Source of the DNA: Pecten maximus
Lineage: Eukaryota
Direction of reading: 5' to 3'
Assembly: GCF_902652985.1 (NCBI RefSeq)
Contig: NC_047031.1
Coordinates: 29,574,001-29,638,000 of the forward strand
Length of the DNA stretch: 64,000 nt
The position numbers were made by a program, and so were the translations under genes. The notes beneath the pieces were generated by a model. It worked only from the letters and a program-made list of their open reading frames with translations, was not told the origin of the DNA and ran no database searches. This document shows, piece after piece, positions 26,386 to 39,155 of the stretch (its first letter is position 1; each line of letters opens with the position of its first letter).

Positions 26386-26885
26386 TTTTGTTTTGTTTAA
26401 TGTTCAATCAACAGCTATGTTCAATTAAGGACGACATCCTTGTGTATGAATGGTTTGGTTTGTATTGTTTAACGTCCTATCAACAACTATGGTCATTAAG
26501 GACGGTCTCTCCTGTGAGTGTATGGTTTGGTTTCGTATTGTGTAACGTCCTATCAACAATTATGGTCATTAAGGACGGTCTCCCCTGTGTGAGTATGGTT
26601 TGTATTGTTTAACGTCCTATCAACTGTTACTGTAATATAAGGACGGTCTCCCCTGTTTGGGTTTGGTTTGTATTATATAACGTCCTATCAACAGTTAAGG
26701 TCACTTAAGGACGGCCTCCCCTGTGTGGGTATGGTTTGCTTTAGTATTGTTTAACGTCCTTTCAACAACTATGGTCATTAAGGACGGTCTCTCCTGTGAG
26801 TGTATGGTTTGGTTTCGTATTGTGTAACGTCCTATCAACAGATAGGGTCATTCAAGGACGGCCTCCCCTGTGTGCGAGACGCATG
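26386..26885 (-). repeat. Tandem array of SINE 3' tails, ~70-bp unit x7
   Basis: Unit tggtttggtttgtattgtttaacgtcctatcaacaactatggtcattaaggacggtctcccctgtgtg matches the reverse complement of the SINE tail at 21850-21906. Confidence 0.9.
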
Positions 26886-28767
26886 CGGGGCCACGGGTAC
26901 AATTATAATCCTAATTGCAGGGTTTGAGAGACAAGTGGAAAGGAATGTAGTCCTTGTTAACATGCCAGTAAAGAATCTAGGAAAAGTGTATACGGTTTAG
27001 GATTAGGTATTCGATGATGGAGATGAGTGAAAGTTGAAAGTTGACCAGACGGAAATAGTGAGCAGTTCAAATTAACTGTCTCTCCTACGGGAGAATGCGT
27101 TTTATCAGTCGTAAATGTTACAGCGTCACTGTGATATTGATGCGACATTTGTTCATCAAAACGTTTGTAGTGCATGCCAGCGACTAAGTACCATCTTGGG
27201 AAATCAAGTGAGCATAAGGTATTGGTTTAAACTAATAAAAATCACGACATTAAAGTGGATTCCGGAATTCTTTGACATCGAAAAGCCAAGTCAAAGGGTA
27301 TCGCTCCGTCATTTATCATTATCCTCATTAAACTTCGGTCTGGCGACGGAAAGGACATTTTCCGGAAATGTATTCCGTGTCGAGGTTTATATATGACTTT
27401 GTCTTTCTACATTAAAGAGATATTTATTATCTGAGTTTTTAAATGAAGATACATATAGTTTTGTACTAATGAAACTTTGAATAGACTACTTTTTTAGAAT
27501 GATGTACACGTTACTTGTACATTTCAATATTAGGCAAGTCTTTTTTAGAATTTTTGAGTATATTTATAGTTATTGGTAATGATAACACTTTAAATCTTCC
27601 GGATTTTAATAAATCCTATGCTCGCCGTCAAATCATGATGCGGACGTCCGTTCCCCACCTCTTTGTGTTTAAACAGCGGATGATATGACTAAATATGACG
27701 ATGGCCTCATTTGATACACATAGAGTGTACACATGACACACCCTTGGTGTTTCATCATATACTCTATTGTATGTGTGCCTCCGGTCTAGGTGTCTGTGGT
27801 TGCTAGAATTGAAATTTGTTTGAAAATGCAGTGTACGAGTCTCTTAGCGACTTTAAATTTTCAGCTCATTATTACTTTGACGCTAATAACGTGCCATTTT
27901 ATCCAAATACATGTTCCATCGTACGTTTCACCACTACTCGTTTAGTTTAAATATGTACGATGTCAGCCTAATATTAATTTCATTATACTTGAAAAAGGTC
28001 GTTTGCAGCATCGTATTATTTTTTTCAATAATAAAGAACACACGTATTACTGTTGTCCCCATTGTGATGTCACATACATAGAGGAAAGACACAGGAAGTT
28101 CATCTGCAGCCATTTTTGTAGAGTTAAAAATAGACACAGAATACATAGAATCGAACAACTTTGTTTACGTGATGTCGAGTCAATTAAGCTAATTGATTGT
28201 TTTTTTCGACCAATACGTTCAGTCAATAAACGATTAAATGTTCACGATGGCTTAAATACGAATTTTACGTTTTATCTATTTTAATCATACAGTTTCCAGA
28301 ATTCACAAAAATAATGAAACCTTCATTCTTTATAGTACATCAGTATATTTTTCCCGTTTGGCCGGCGAAACAGTTCCGATGCGACACACAGCTGCTGTGT
28401 TCCCGGGGGCGGCGTTAATATTATTTTTGTGTTAAACTTCAATTACAAGTGATAATATCACCAAACCCGTTTTTAAAGTTACATATCAGCATAAACATCT
28501 CGACACATTGACTATATTACGATTTAATCTGTATTTGACGGCTAATTGGATATTGTTTATTAATGAAGTGTTAGTCTCCCGTTCATCCAGGCTTGGCCAT
28601 CCCCACACAAATGTACATATGTCAGATCCTAGCCCTTATCGTTAACCGTTAACCGGAACTTCAGTAGCGAGTACCCGTTATACATATCGTGTCAATCGTG
28701 TATATTTTTCTGATAACTGAAATATATCATGATAATGTTGAGATCAGTTGACAAATGGAAGACTACG

Positions 28768-28920
28768 TAACCATGTCACCTAGGCGGCCTGGTTCGATTC
28801 CTAGATCGGACGTGAGTAGGTTAGGGGTCACTTGCGCAACCACGTGGGTTTTCCCCGAGTGCTCCAGTATCCTCCTACACTAAGATCCCTTACGCGCTTC
28901 CATCCGGGTCAACAGATATG
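28768..28920 (+). mobile_element. tRNA-derived SINE, second V-like family
   Basis: B box GGTTCGATTCC and core ccacgtgggttttccccgagtgctccagtatcctcc; homologues at 33920-34010, 57185-57358 and 58575-58730. Confidence 0.75.
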
Positions 28921-29016
28921 ATTAATATAAGTTGATATAACCTGTTCACAATTATCGCAAAATAAACGTAAATTACAATGGAGATGAGAGCTTTGAGGGT
29001 ATGAATTTTATACATA

Positions 29017-29300
29017 TACTGTAAACCTCTTAGAGTTAGCGAATACTTACTTTCGCAAACTTGACTCTTCCGACTTGTTCGCAAATAGTTGGTTTCAGTA
29101 ACGCTGATAAGAAAATTACTTTTAATTCGCTAATTATGAACTCTACACGACTTTTATAAAGGTAACCAATAGTGTGGTTGTTATCCAAAGGTATTATTTT
29201 CGTAAAAATTATCGCGAAAAATTTGAATTCGCGATTTACTCTCCACGCGTATCACGAGAAAAAAAATCAAATTAACACGAAACATTAATGATTCACAGTA
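29017..29300. mobile_element. MITE with TA-flanked short TIRs (TACTGTAAA ... TTCACAGTA)
   Basis: Terminal inverted repeats and internal ttcgc/gcgaa motifs. Confidence 0.6.
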
Positions 29301-30611
29301 CAAGGGACACGAGAGGGCGTCTCTACAATATTGTACTATAAATAACTAGTTTTCAAAGATTGTCGTCTGTACTGTAGTGAAATGGTAAGGTTCACGTTTC
29401 TCAAATAGTATAGTTCACCAACCGTATGTGATGACGTCACACAACAATGCAGTGAAATCAAACGTGTTACACGCCATGTCAATAGATAAAATCGTCACGA
29501 AATTCTAATGAGTTATCATTATTATTGAATATAGATTGGAGTCCCCCAGGTAGAAATACCAGGTTGTGATGTATCCGTCAACACCACGGACATATCCAGG
29601 ACATCCGGGAATAATTAAAGCATTGTTATTGGACATCGAATCATCAGAAACCACATTAATTTGAGCAGGTTGTGTTTGCACGGCCATACTTCAAAGCATT
29701 TTATAAATGAGGGTGTCTCCTTTTCAAACAATATGCTTAAAGACGGTAATAATAAAGGTTCCGGAAAAATAACCAAGCAAAGGTCGGAGTAAATCTTCTC
29801 CGTGTTAATAATGGCACTCGAAGCTCCCTACCTGGCGTTCAACACTCAATGGTATGCACGAGGAAACATTATCGGCACATTCTGGCGTCAGTTTAACGGA
29901 GTGGGAGGGATGCCATGTCTGTGTTACAGTGACGTAACATTACAGTATAGAGGGTAGTATTTAATTTACATCTCATGGTATCAAATCAACCTTTCCCACA
30001 CTGCCATCATTATATATTTCATTAATTTACTGCATGTTGATGTAGATAATCACTCGTTGTTATAGAGGGAACTTCTCCAATGTAATCTCATTATTTTCAC
30101 AAACACAGTGTAACTCTCAAGAGTTATGCACTTCTTTCAACACCGAATACTTCTCTTTCTGTAAATAAATAAATTATTGTTTGACATTTAAGTGGGGGAC
30201 TTGTAAGAGTGCAAAGGGATTACTAAACGAATTCCCGATATAAGGGGAAATGTAAGGCGTTGTAAATCAAATAATGGATTGTTTTCATGTCTGGTTAACT
30301 GCCTCGTAAGTCCACAGCTATACGGAATTGTTGATAATCTGTCATTTACATTCACAGAAGAAACTAATTATGATCATATAATACAATAAGGTCGTTCGAT
30401 TTCTTCATTGTGATACGTCAGTAATGTTCAAATATATATTATGTGTTAAGAAGTTCTCCATAAAACACTGAGATGAAACTACCAAGAATGCAATCCGGGT
30501 CATAGATCGCTAAAAAAAATGATAAAAATTAAATAACAATAAAAAAATATCAAAGAAGGAAAAAGAAAAGAAGTAATAGATACTATAATAGTACATCATG
30601 GCTTTGTAAAT

Positions 30612-32257
30612 GTGAGTGCAACTAGTATCTGCGTGTAACTATGATCTGAAAGTAACTAGTATCTGCGTGTAACTATGATCTGAAAGCAACTGGGATCTGA
30701 GTGTAACTATGATCTGAGGTGTAACTAGGTCTGAGTGTAACAAGGGTTTGAGTGTAACAAGGGTTTGAGTGTAACAAGGGTTTGAGTGTAACAAGAGTCT
30801 GAGTGTAACTATGATCTGAAAGTAACTAGTATCTGCGTGTAACTATGATCTGAAAGTAACTAGTATCTGCGTGTAACTATGATCTGAGGTGTAACTAGGT
30901 CTGAGTGTAACAAGGGTTTGAGTGTAAATATGATCTGAGGTATAACTGGGGCCTGAGTGTAACTAGGGTTTGAGTGTAACAAGGATCTGAGTGTAACAAG
31001 GGTCTGAGTGTAAATATGATCTTGGTGTAACTAGGATCTTAGTGTAACTAGGGTCTGAGTGTAACTAGGATCTGAGTTTAAATATGATCTTAGTGTAACT
31101 AGGCTCTTAGTGTAACTAGGATCTGAGTGTAACTAGGCTCTTAGTGTAACTAGGGTCTGAGTGTAACTAGGATCTGAGGTGTAACAAGGATATTAGCGTA
31201 ACTAGGATATGAATGTAACTAGGATTTTAGTGTAACTAGGATATGACTGTTACTAGGATCTGAGTGTATCGATGGTTTGAGTGTAACTAGGATATGAATG
31301 TAACTAGGATTTTAGTGTAACTAGGATATGACTGTTACTAGGATCTGAGTGTATCGATGGTTTGAGTGTAACTAGGATATGAATGTAACTAGGATTTTAG
31401 TGTAACTAGGATATGACTGTTACTAGGATCTGAGTGTATCGATGGTTTGAGTGTAACTAGGATATGAATGTAACTAGGATTTTAGTGTAACTAGGATATG
31501 ACTGTTACTAGGATCTGAGTGTATCGATGGTTTGAGTGTAACTAGGATATGAATGTAACTAGGATTTTAGTGTAACTAGGATATGACTGTTACTAGGATC
31601 TGAGTGTATCGATGGTTTGAGTGTAACTAGGATATGAATGTAACTAGGATTTTAGTGTAACTAGGATATGACTGTTACTAGGATCTGAGTGTATCGATGG
31701 TTTGAGTGTAACTAGGATATGAATGTAACTAGGATTTTAGTGTAACTAGGATATGACTGTTACTAGGATCTGAGTGTATCGATGGTTTGAGTGTAACTAG
31801 GATATGAATGTAACTAGGATTTTAGTGTAGCTAGGATCTAAGTGTAACTAGGGTCTGAGTGTAACTAGGATCTGAGTTTGAATATGATCTGAGTGTAACT
31901 AGGCTCTTAGTGTAACTAGGATATGAATGTAACAAGGATCTGAGGTGTAACAAGGATATTAGTGTAACTAGGATCTGAGGTGTAACTAGGGTCTGAGTGT
32001 AACAAGGATATGAGTGTAACTATGATCTGAGTGTAACTAGGATCTGGTTGTAACTAGGGTCTGAGTGCAACTAGGGTCTGAGTGTAAATATGATCTTAGT
32101 GTAACTAGGATCTTAGTGTAACTAGGGTCTGAGTGTAACTAGGGTCTGAGTGTAACTAGGATCTGAGTGTAAATATGATCTTAGTGTAACTAGGATCTGA
32201 GTGTAACTAAGGTATAAGTGTAACTATGATCTCATTGTAACTAGGATCCTAGTGTAA
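30612..32257. repeat. 17-bp satellite (TGAGTGTAACTAGGATC), ~95 copies, with a central 85-bp (5x17) higher-order repeat
   Basis: The variant tgagtgtatcgatggtt recurs at 31261, 31346, 31431, 31516, 31601, 31686 and 31771 (85-bp period). Confidence 0.97.
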
Positions 32258-32764
32258 GTAATTATCTATTTCTTCCGTTTTGTTACCTTAAGAACATAGC
32301 CATAACGAGGTCACATTTTTTTTTGTTCTCCACTCACTCAGCGTTACACCACATCCTAGGCAAATATTTCCTGTTTTTGTTTGTTTGTTTTTGTTTGATA
32401 GGTTTGAATTCTAGGACGGATATTGTGTTATTGTTTTAATCAACACCGGAAATGTATGAAAAGTTTCCTATAAAATCTACAGCATATTTCATTGATGTGA
32501 CGTTTCAGCTATGGTAGTTTAAGGATTCAGTGATTATTATTGTACAATTGCGTACTTCTATATACATGTACGTTGTATTTTTAGGATGACCTACTAATTT
32601 GAATATAAATATGTTAAGCGGTTCATGTAACGTATGACGTTGCACGCCCAGACCCTTTACATATACTATCCTCATAACATGATTTGACTTTGGCAATATA
32701 CTTGTTGCCATACATTTCCCACTAATGTCATTTGTGACGTCACACTTATAATTATTACATAAAA

Positions 32765-32882
32765 ATGCAATAACAACACCGGGACTCGAACCTGGGACCT
32801 CCGAACTTTAAATGGGCGCTTTAAGCATTTCAGCTACCTGGCCCTCCGAGCGTTCAGCCCAGTCTATTTCCGATATAACTAC
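32765..32882 (-). mobile_element. tRNA-like repeat fragment
   Basis: ccgggactcgaacctgggacc (reverse-complement B box) ... cagcta (reverse-complement A box); flank cgttcagcccagtc shared with 21590. Confidence 0.6.
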
Positions 32883-33919
32883 ATCGTAAACATTTTATAT
32901 TTGAATATTCTGACTGTTGAATGGCGCAGAGGGTAGCGTATTACATTTATGTAGATTTAACATGTCAGCAGGGGACCAGTTTCCCAATCGAATGTGAATT
33001 GGTTGAGGATAACCTCCCAGACCTAGTCTGTTTTCCATGTTATCCTGGTTTTCGTTTCTTGACCTCGTGTGATAGATGCCGGGTCGACCAGGTGCTACAA
33101 GCCCAGGGCTTACTTATTCCCTATGGCTGTATTCGGATACATACGTGGAATTGCTGTTTTGAATATTGCACTTTTTTCCAGATGAGTTAAGCATCTGGGT
33201 TACTAAAACAACTTATGCATTGGATTTAAGGATTAAGGTAACTGGTATCTTGATGAACAAAAATCTAACTGGATATAAGTGTTCGTTTAATGTCGCACTG
33301 TTAACTGATTTTTATAGTTTGTATACATTAACTGCCCGAGCAGTTTTAGCACAACGCTAGGTTTTGCCTTATTATCATAATACCATTCATATCTAATTTT
33401 GAATCTTGCAATAATTCCTTTGATGTGTTAATGACGTATTTAAGATGGCAAACCGATTTGTGAATGTATTGCTTAAAACTAAAGCAATCTGTGTGTTTAT
33501 TGGTAATGAATGCTATACACTGCATAAATATGTATTGACTTCAGATCAAATCTGACGCGAGTATTAACAACTGATTGTGATGGGCTGTTTTGCTAGTGCG
33601 AATATCATATGCATACCTGCTTTGAGGGGCGTATTGCTACAGAACTTTGATTTTATCTCGTGGCGTACATTTTAATGACACGCATTGATATAAATCTGAT
33701 TTAGATATTAACGTAAACGTCATACACTGTTGCGTAGTAATGAACAGTTTCAGCTATTCCTGAAATTAAAAAAAAAATCAAACGGTATAACTAAAATGTT
33801 TCATAATCTTTATGTATTAAATCACAACACTTCCCACATAGTTCTGAGACGGGTTCTGTTAACTTTACTAATCATTCCTGTTGTTCCTGGTCGAGGTGAG
33901 GTCGGAAACTCACTATGTT

Positions 33920-34010
33920 AGGAAACCTACGTGGTCTGATAGCTGATCTCCGTTCATTTCCAAGTCCGGGGAATTGAACCACGGTCATCTAAAGGTCAAA
34001 GGGGTTATGT
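33920..34010 (-). mobile_element. Second V-like SINE family fragment
   Basis: aaacctacgtggtc...ccggggaattgaaccacggtc. Confidence 0.55.
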
Positions 34011-34679
34011 GAAGAGTTGCATACATTGAATTACATGATAAGACATGTCACTGGTGTTCAAACGAAAACAATAGGGAGAATTGGAAGGGATAGAGAAAAA
34101 AGAGTATGTAGGAGAGAAATGGATTATAAATAGAAAAATCATAAAGCAAATAAATAAATGAATGAATGAATACATAAATACAAAATAAACAAATGTGGTA
34201 TGAATAAATAAATAATAATAATAAAACAAAACAAACTGTACATATCAGTTTGAATGTTCTTAATGTCACAGAAAACACAAAGATAAACCCGTGGTTAAGT
34301 TAACATCCAGTAGACTATTTACACATTATGATTGATGTCATAAGCTAACCATACTTTGCTCGCCGTAGTCACGGTAAAATAGTTATACATAGCTCCACGA
34401 ATTAAAGCTGGTGAGCGTATTTAGATATTATCTATCTGTTATGTGAATTAAGAGTATAAATGAATATAATTATTTAATACTAAAAACTGCACCCCTTCAC
34501 GAGACTGACTGACACACGCTGGGTAAGAAATTAAAACTATCAACGTGAGGTACAGTAGTCGGGAGGTAGATATAATGACCTGTAAGTGATTAAACATGTG
34601 CGTACTATTATAATAAATTTAATTAAAGTGCCTGATTGTTATAAAAGGTGGATCAATTAACCGATCCGACCATTCTTCG

Positions 34680-34710
<31 letters not shown>
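34680..34710. repeat. Poly-C tract
   Basis: 31 consecutive C. Confidence 0.9.
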
Positions 34711-35459
34711 TATTGTTTGTTGTTCTTGTGTTTTGTTTTTGTTTGGTATTGTAGTGCGTCAGACGATTAACGCATACGGTATATATCCACAGACTTCAGA
34801 CTACGAAACTAAAATATACTATTACCACTGAAAAATAAACAGCCAACTCTGAGGAAATAATATAGGGAAATAACAGACATACAGCTATAATTTATCTTAT
34901 TTGCGAATTGCTTTTCAGAAACAGCTGCTCCACGAAATCTTTGACACAAACTTGCATTTAGATTTTGAAAAAAAACCCATAATATTCAAAGTTAGCCTAT
35001 TATATTTCATTTGTGTTCATATCCAAGCCCCTCCCTCCTTGTTTTGTTGCAAAGCATAACCTCGCGTATATGTAGGAACCAGAAGAGTCCATTAGTCACT
35101 AGATTAGATCAGGTCTTTGCAATGTTCCACAAGAATCGCAATCCTTGGTGTCATGCATTGAACGCCATTGTTGTCGACAGTTCTGTTACACTTACCTCTA
35201 AAACAAAAGACTTAGTCTTTTGGGAACCAACCGTCTTAAATTCGCAAAATTAAAATACAATGATCTCCAAATTATGTCACGGCCAATATTCATTGCATTA
35301 TATTACTGCACTCATGTGCAGAGCTAGGTAAATTTTGAGCTGCTACCATGAATGGGCCGTGTTAATTGATGATTACCACCCGTCTCTGTAGTCTTTTATT
35401 GATATTGAACAACAGTGAATACCCAACTAGCGAAACAGTAATTCTGACCCATAATCCAT

Positions 35460-36055
35460 AAAACGGGAGCAAAAACAACAGAGAATACCGACATAATAAC
35501 TAAACCATAATCAAAGATAGATACTACGAGAACCAATATACTGAGTTCCTTGAGGAACTACGGGATAAGACCAGGACCTTATTCATGATCATAAGTTAAA
35601 CAAAACAAGGTACTCTGATGGTGAGTGTGCCTTCTGCTTCCTCCACGACACCCGCCAAACAAATATACAATATTTTTGTAGGTCAAATTGACGAAACCCT
35701 CCATACAATTTTAGCTCATATCGACGACATCCGCCAAACAAGTCTAGGTCAAATCGACGACACCCACAATACAAATCTAGGTCAAATGGATGTAAACCGC
35801 CCTTCAATCCAGTTCAAAACGATGACACCCGCCATACAAACCTGGGTGAAATGGAGGAAACCCGCCATACAATTCTAGTTCAAATCGACGACACCCGCCA
35901 TACAAATCTAGATCAAATCGACGACACCCGGTACACAAATCTAGTTCAAATCGAGAACAACCGTCATACAAATCATGATAAAATCGGTAACTCCCTCCAT
36001 ATAAATCTTGGTCCAGTCTGGTCCACCTCACATACTCAAAATGAGAACTAGGAAT
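35460..36055 (-). mobile_element. Penelope-like 3' region containing a 33-bp tandem array (~11 copies, 35644-36014)
   Basis: Unit AAATCGACGACACCCGCCATACAAATCTAGGTC is the reverse complement of the segment triplicated at 24488-24575; flanks match the same family. Confidence 0.8.
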
Positions 36056-37544
36056 ATGCACAGTGAAACAACACCGTTAATACGTACAAAGATATCTTTA
36101 AAAAGACAATAGTTAAGTATAACAATATATATTGTAATTGACCCAGTGATCATTAAACTTATGACATAATACATCTGTTTTATTCTTCTTGAAAACATAA
36201 GTGATGCAATGAAATAAACGTGTATTGTCAAAGATGTGTAACTATTTAAATGAAAATAGATACATATTAGCGATCTAATTGTCAAAGGTGGTCGAGTGGA
36301 GTCGTACTTTGCACTCAATACACCTATACTAATACTACTTAGAGAGAATGGATATATTCACTTTAACCAAACATGCCACTGTAACTGTGATAAGATGGTA
36401 TCTGCTTAATCCAGACCGGTATCGATAGCTCTTAACAACCGCTATGAATGGCTTGGTCAATTGGCCAATGACAATTCCGTGTGTTGCAACGAATGAGAAT
36501 TGCTTCCGGAATTTAGACCATACGAACCTCCTCTCCATCGGTTGCCATGCTGAAGGAGGAAGGCGAATGTTTAGAGAAACTTAATTAATTGAAAATTCAC
36601 ACCAGACATATCCCATATCCCTATAATCAAAATGGCCACTGGCTATGTGACCGTTCTTTTGTTGTGTTTGTGTTTTACTTGCGGACGTCCTGTTTTAATT
36701 AATCAATCTTTTTCCTAGCACGTTTCTATATAAATCCGGAAATCGAGTCCGCTTACCGGATCCTTATCAGTATGTATCACATTGTTCATTAACATCCTGA
36801 GGCACTGGACTGGTTTGATTTGGAATTTAGAGTACACAATTTTTTCGTCCTGTGTAATTGTTTAGTATATTTCCCCATTGTTTCGAGTTTTTATTGTGTG
36901 TATTTTTGTCACTGTCAATTAAGAAAAGGGATTCCAGAAACATTTTAGCAAATGGTTTCCGGCCAGAATAATGTTTTAGGAATTATCTTAAAGGGAATTA
37001 TCAACAGCCTAAATAAAACGAACATTGATACCAGGATCGTTATTGTATTCTTTTCTAAACTACAATGACGACTTCAAAGACATAACATGTGTTAAATTGG
37101 ATTGTGACAAGAGAGTTTTTTTCTAACGCCAATTGATAGACAGGGCGATGAATACAAATTCATACAAATCATACCGACTCGTTAAAAACAAACCTTCTTA
37201 ATCCTGTTGCAATACAGATTGTCAGTCAACTTCCCTGTTTATTTGTCACATAATACAGCTACACTAATCCAGTTGTCCTAATATCCGTCATCATAACATG
37301 CGCTGTCGACAGTGTAATGGACCGGAAGGTATATCATCAAGGTGGCTCAATCCGGGTAGCCACCGCCGTTAACTGACCTTATTCTGACATGCAGGACAGG
37401 CCTATGGCGGTGTCATTATAACGGACAAGAGGAAGACCTTATCATGTATGTTGTTTTTTGTGTGTGAAATTGCTCTTTAAGACAGCTCCGGAGTTAACCT
37501 TGGGCAAATAGGAAGCTTCATTAAATTACCTTATTGTGAAGTTT

Positions 37545-37710
37545 CTGATACGACAATGCTGTTTCGGTGTCAGTATAATAGAACTGAAGTGATGTCATAC
37601 CAATGTGCCTGTGACATGCATTTTCAGAGAAATCGCACTTCAAAAGCAAGCCGCCCTTAAATCCATTCCGTTCCGCCTAGCACAGTCCTTAAATGACATT
37701 AGACAGGACA
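37545..37710 (+). mobile_element. Meta-like SINE remnant
   Basis: cggtgtcagtataat...gtgcctgtgacatg...cag.g...gcac followed by the tail gtccttaaatgac. Confidence 0.55.
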
Positions 37711-37774
37711 ACGGTTTGGGTTTTATTGTTTAACGTAAAAAAAACTATAGTAATGGCCTCCCTGTCTCTGAGAT

Positions 37775-38065
37775 TTGCTTGCTTGTTTGTTTGCTTGTTT
37801 GCTTGACATATCACAACTGCCAGGGTCATTTTTAGGAGGGGTCTCCTTGTAGTAGTTGGTAAACAACATACGGAAGACTCGTCACATGGCATCAAGAACA
37901 ATATGGCTTAAAGTGTTTTCCCAAAGACACAACCTAGACAACACAACCTAGACAACACAACGGTCCGTTTCTCAGCTTCCCGAGAACAATAAACCGACAC
38001 AGGTACGAAGCGTTACACCACTAACCTCGGATCCCTCGGATCTTTACCTGATGTTACGTGGCGGC
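37775..38065 (-). mobile_element. CORE-like SINE remnant
   Basis: Tail gccagggtcattt plus ggcttaaagtgttttcccaaagacac (CORE-domain-like); homologous to 48765-48985. Confidence 0.6.
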
Positions 38066-38092
38066 CACTGTCTGCGAGGTACATTCCCGAAT

Positions 38093-38380
38093 TTTGGTTT
38101 TTTGTTTGGTTTGTATTGTTTAACGTCCTCTCAACAGGTAATGTCGTTTAAGGACGGCCTCCCTGTGGGGGTATGGTTTGGTTTGTATTATATACCGTCC
38201 TATCAACAACTATAGTCCTTTAAGACGGCCTCCTGTTTGTGCGATATTTAGTGTGTGGTGAGTGTGTTAGTGTTAGTGTCTGTATCCTTGTGATAGTGCG
38301 AACTGATACCAGCTATACATTGTTACCACACTGAAGCATACTAAGGACGACACCCATCAGGATAGCATGGTGTCCCGGTG
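38093..38380 (-). mobile_element. Meta-like SINE with duplicated tail
   Basis: Two tail units, then ccttgtgatagtgcgaactgat..cactgaagcatact..gacaccc. Confidence 0.7.
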
Positions 38381-39076
38381 GCAGTGTAATGTAGCGGGAT
38401 ATGTTCTCCTATGTACCTGCGGTATCACATTTTAGTGAAATTCTACTACGAAACAGTCCTATTGTCTCATTCAAGTAGACAGCTTGTTTGGCTTATCCCA
38501 TTGTGTTGATTAAACATTCAACATTTACGGCTGACCGATATTTCTCATTTTTTTATTCGTCCCTTCAGGTCTTCAGTTTTACTCTCACAGAAGTTGATTT
38601 TAAGATGTACAATATAATCTTGTTTTTTTTATTGCTTTAACATTGTCTTTTGAAAATAAATTCATGGTTAACGACTTAATGTACTGTAATGTACAGAAAA
38701 AGCTGTCTGAGCGTTCTCTTCTTTTCTAAAAGCCATAAATGTATAGAACTCAGCTCCGAGACTATACTGATGCGAAAGTCCTTTGGCATATGTCAGGCGA
38801 TCTTTGAAAATCTGATATGATGGCAAAGGCTACAGCAAGGTTTACACTATAAATCAGCAAACCCTGTGGGAGACATCTTAACACTGTGTCTGCGACACTA
38901 AGACACGAGATCTCCCCCAGAGTTGGTATGACTTATATTATCATGTGTCATTGTCCCTGTACATCAAGATATCAAGATAACGCTAGCTATAATTATATAC
39001 TTCTATCATATATGCTATTAACTTCAAATCAATAAAGAATGTAGTGAAGAGAGGAATCATAACGGAACATAATGAT

Positions 39077-39078
<2 letters not shown>

Positions 39079-39154
<76 letters not shown>

Positions 39155-39155
39155 G
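39079..39155. repeat. (AG)n microsatellite followed by a G run
   Basis: Directly visible. Confidence 0.95.

Noticed and set aside
35589-36061. ORFs with an 11-aa repeat (RRFDLDLYGGC)
   Set aside because: Result of a 33-bp TE-derived tandem repeat; interrupted by frameshifts and stops.
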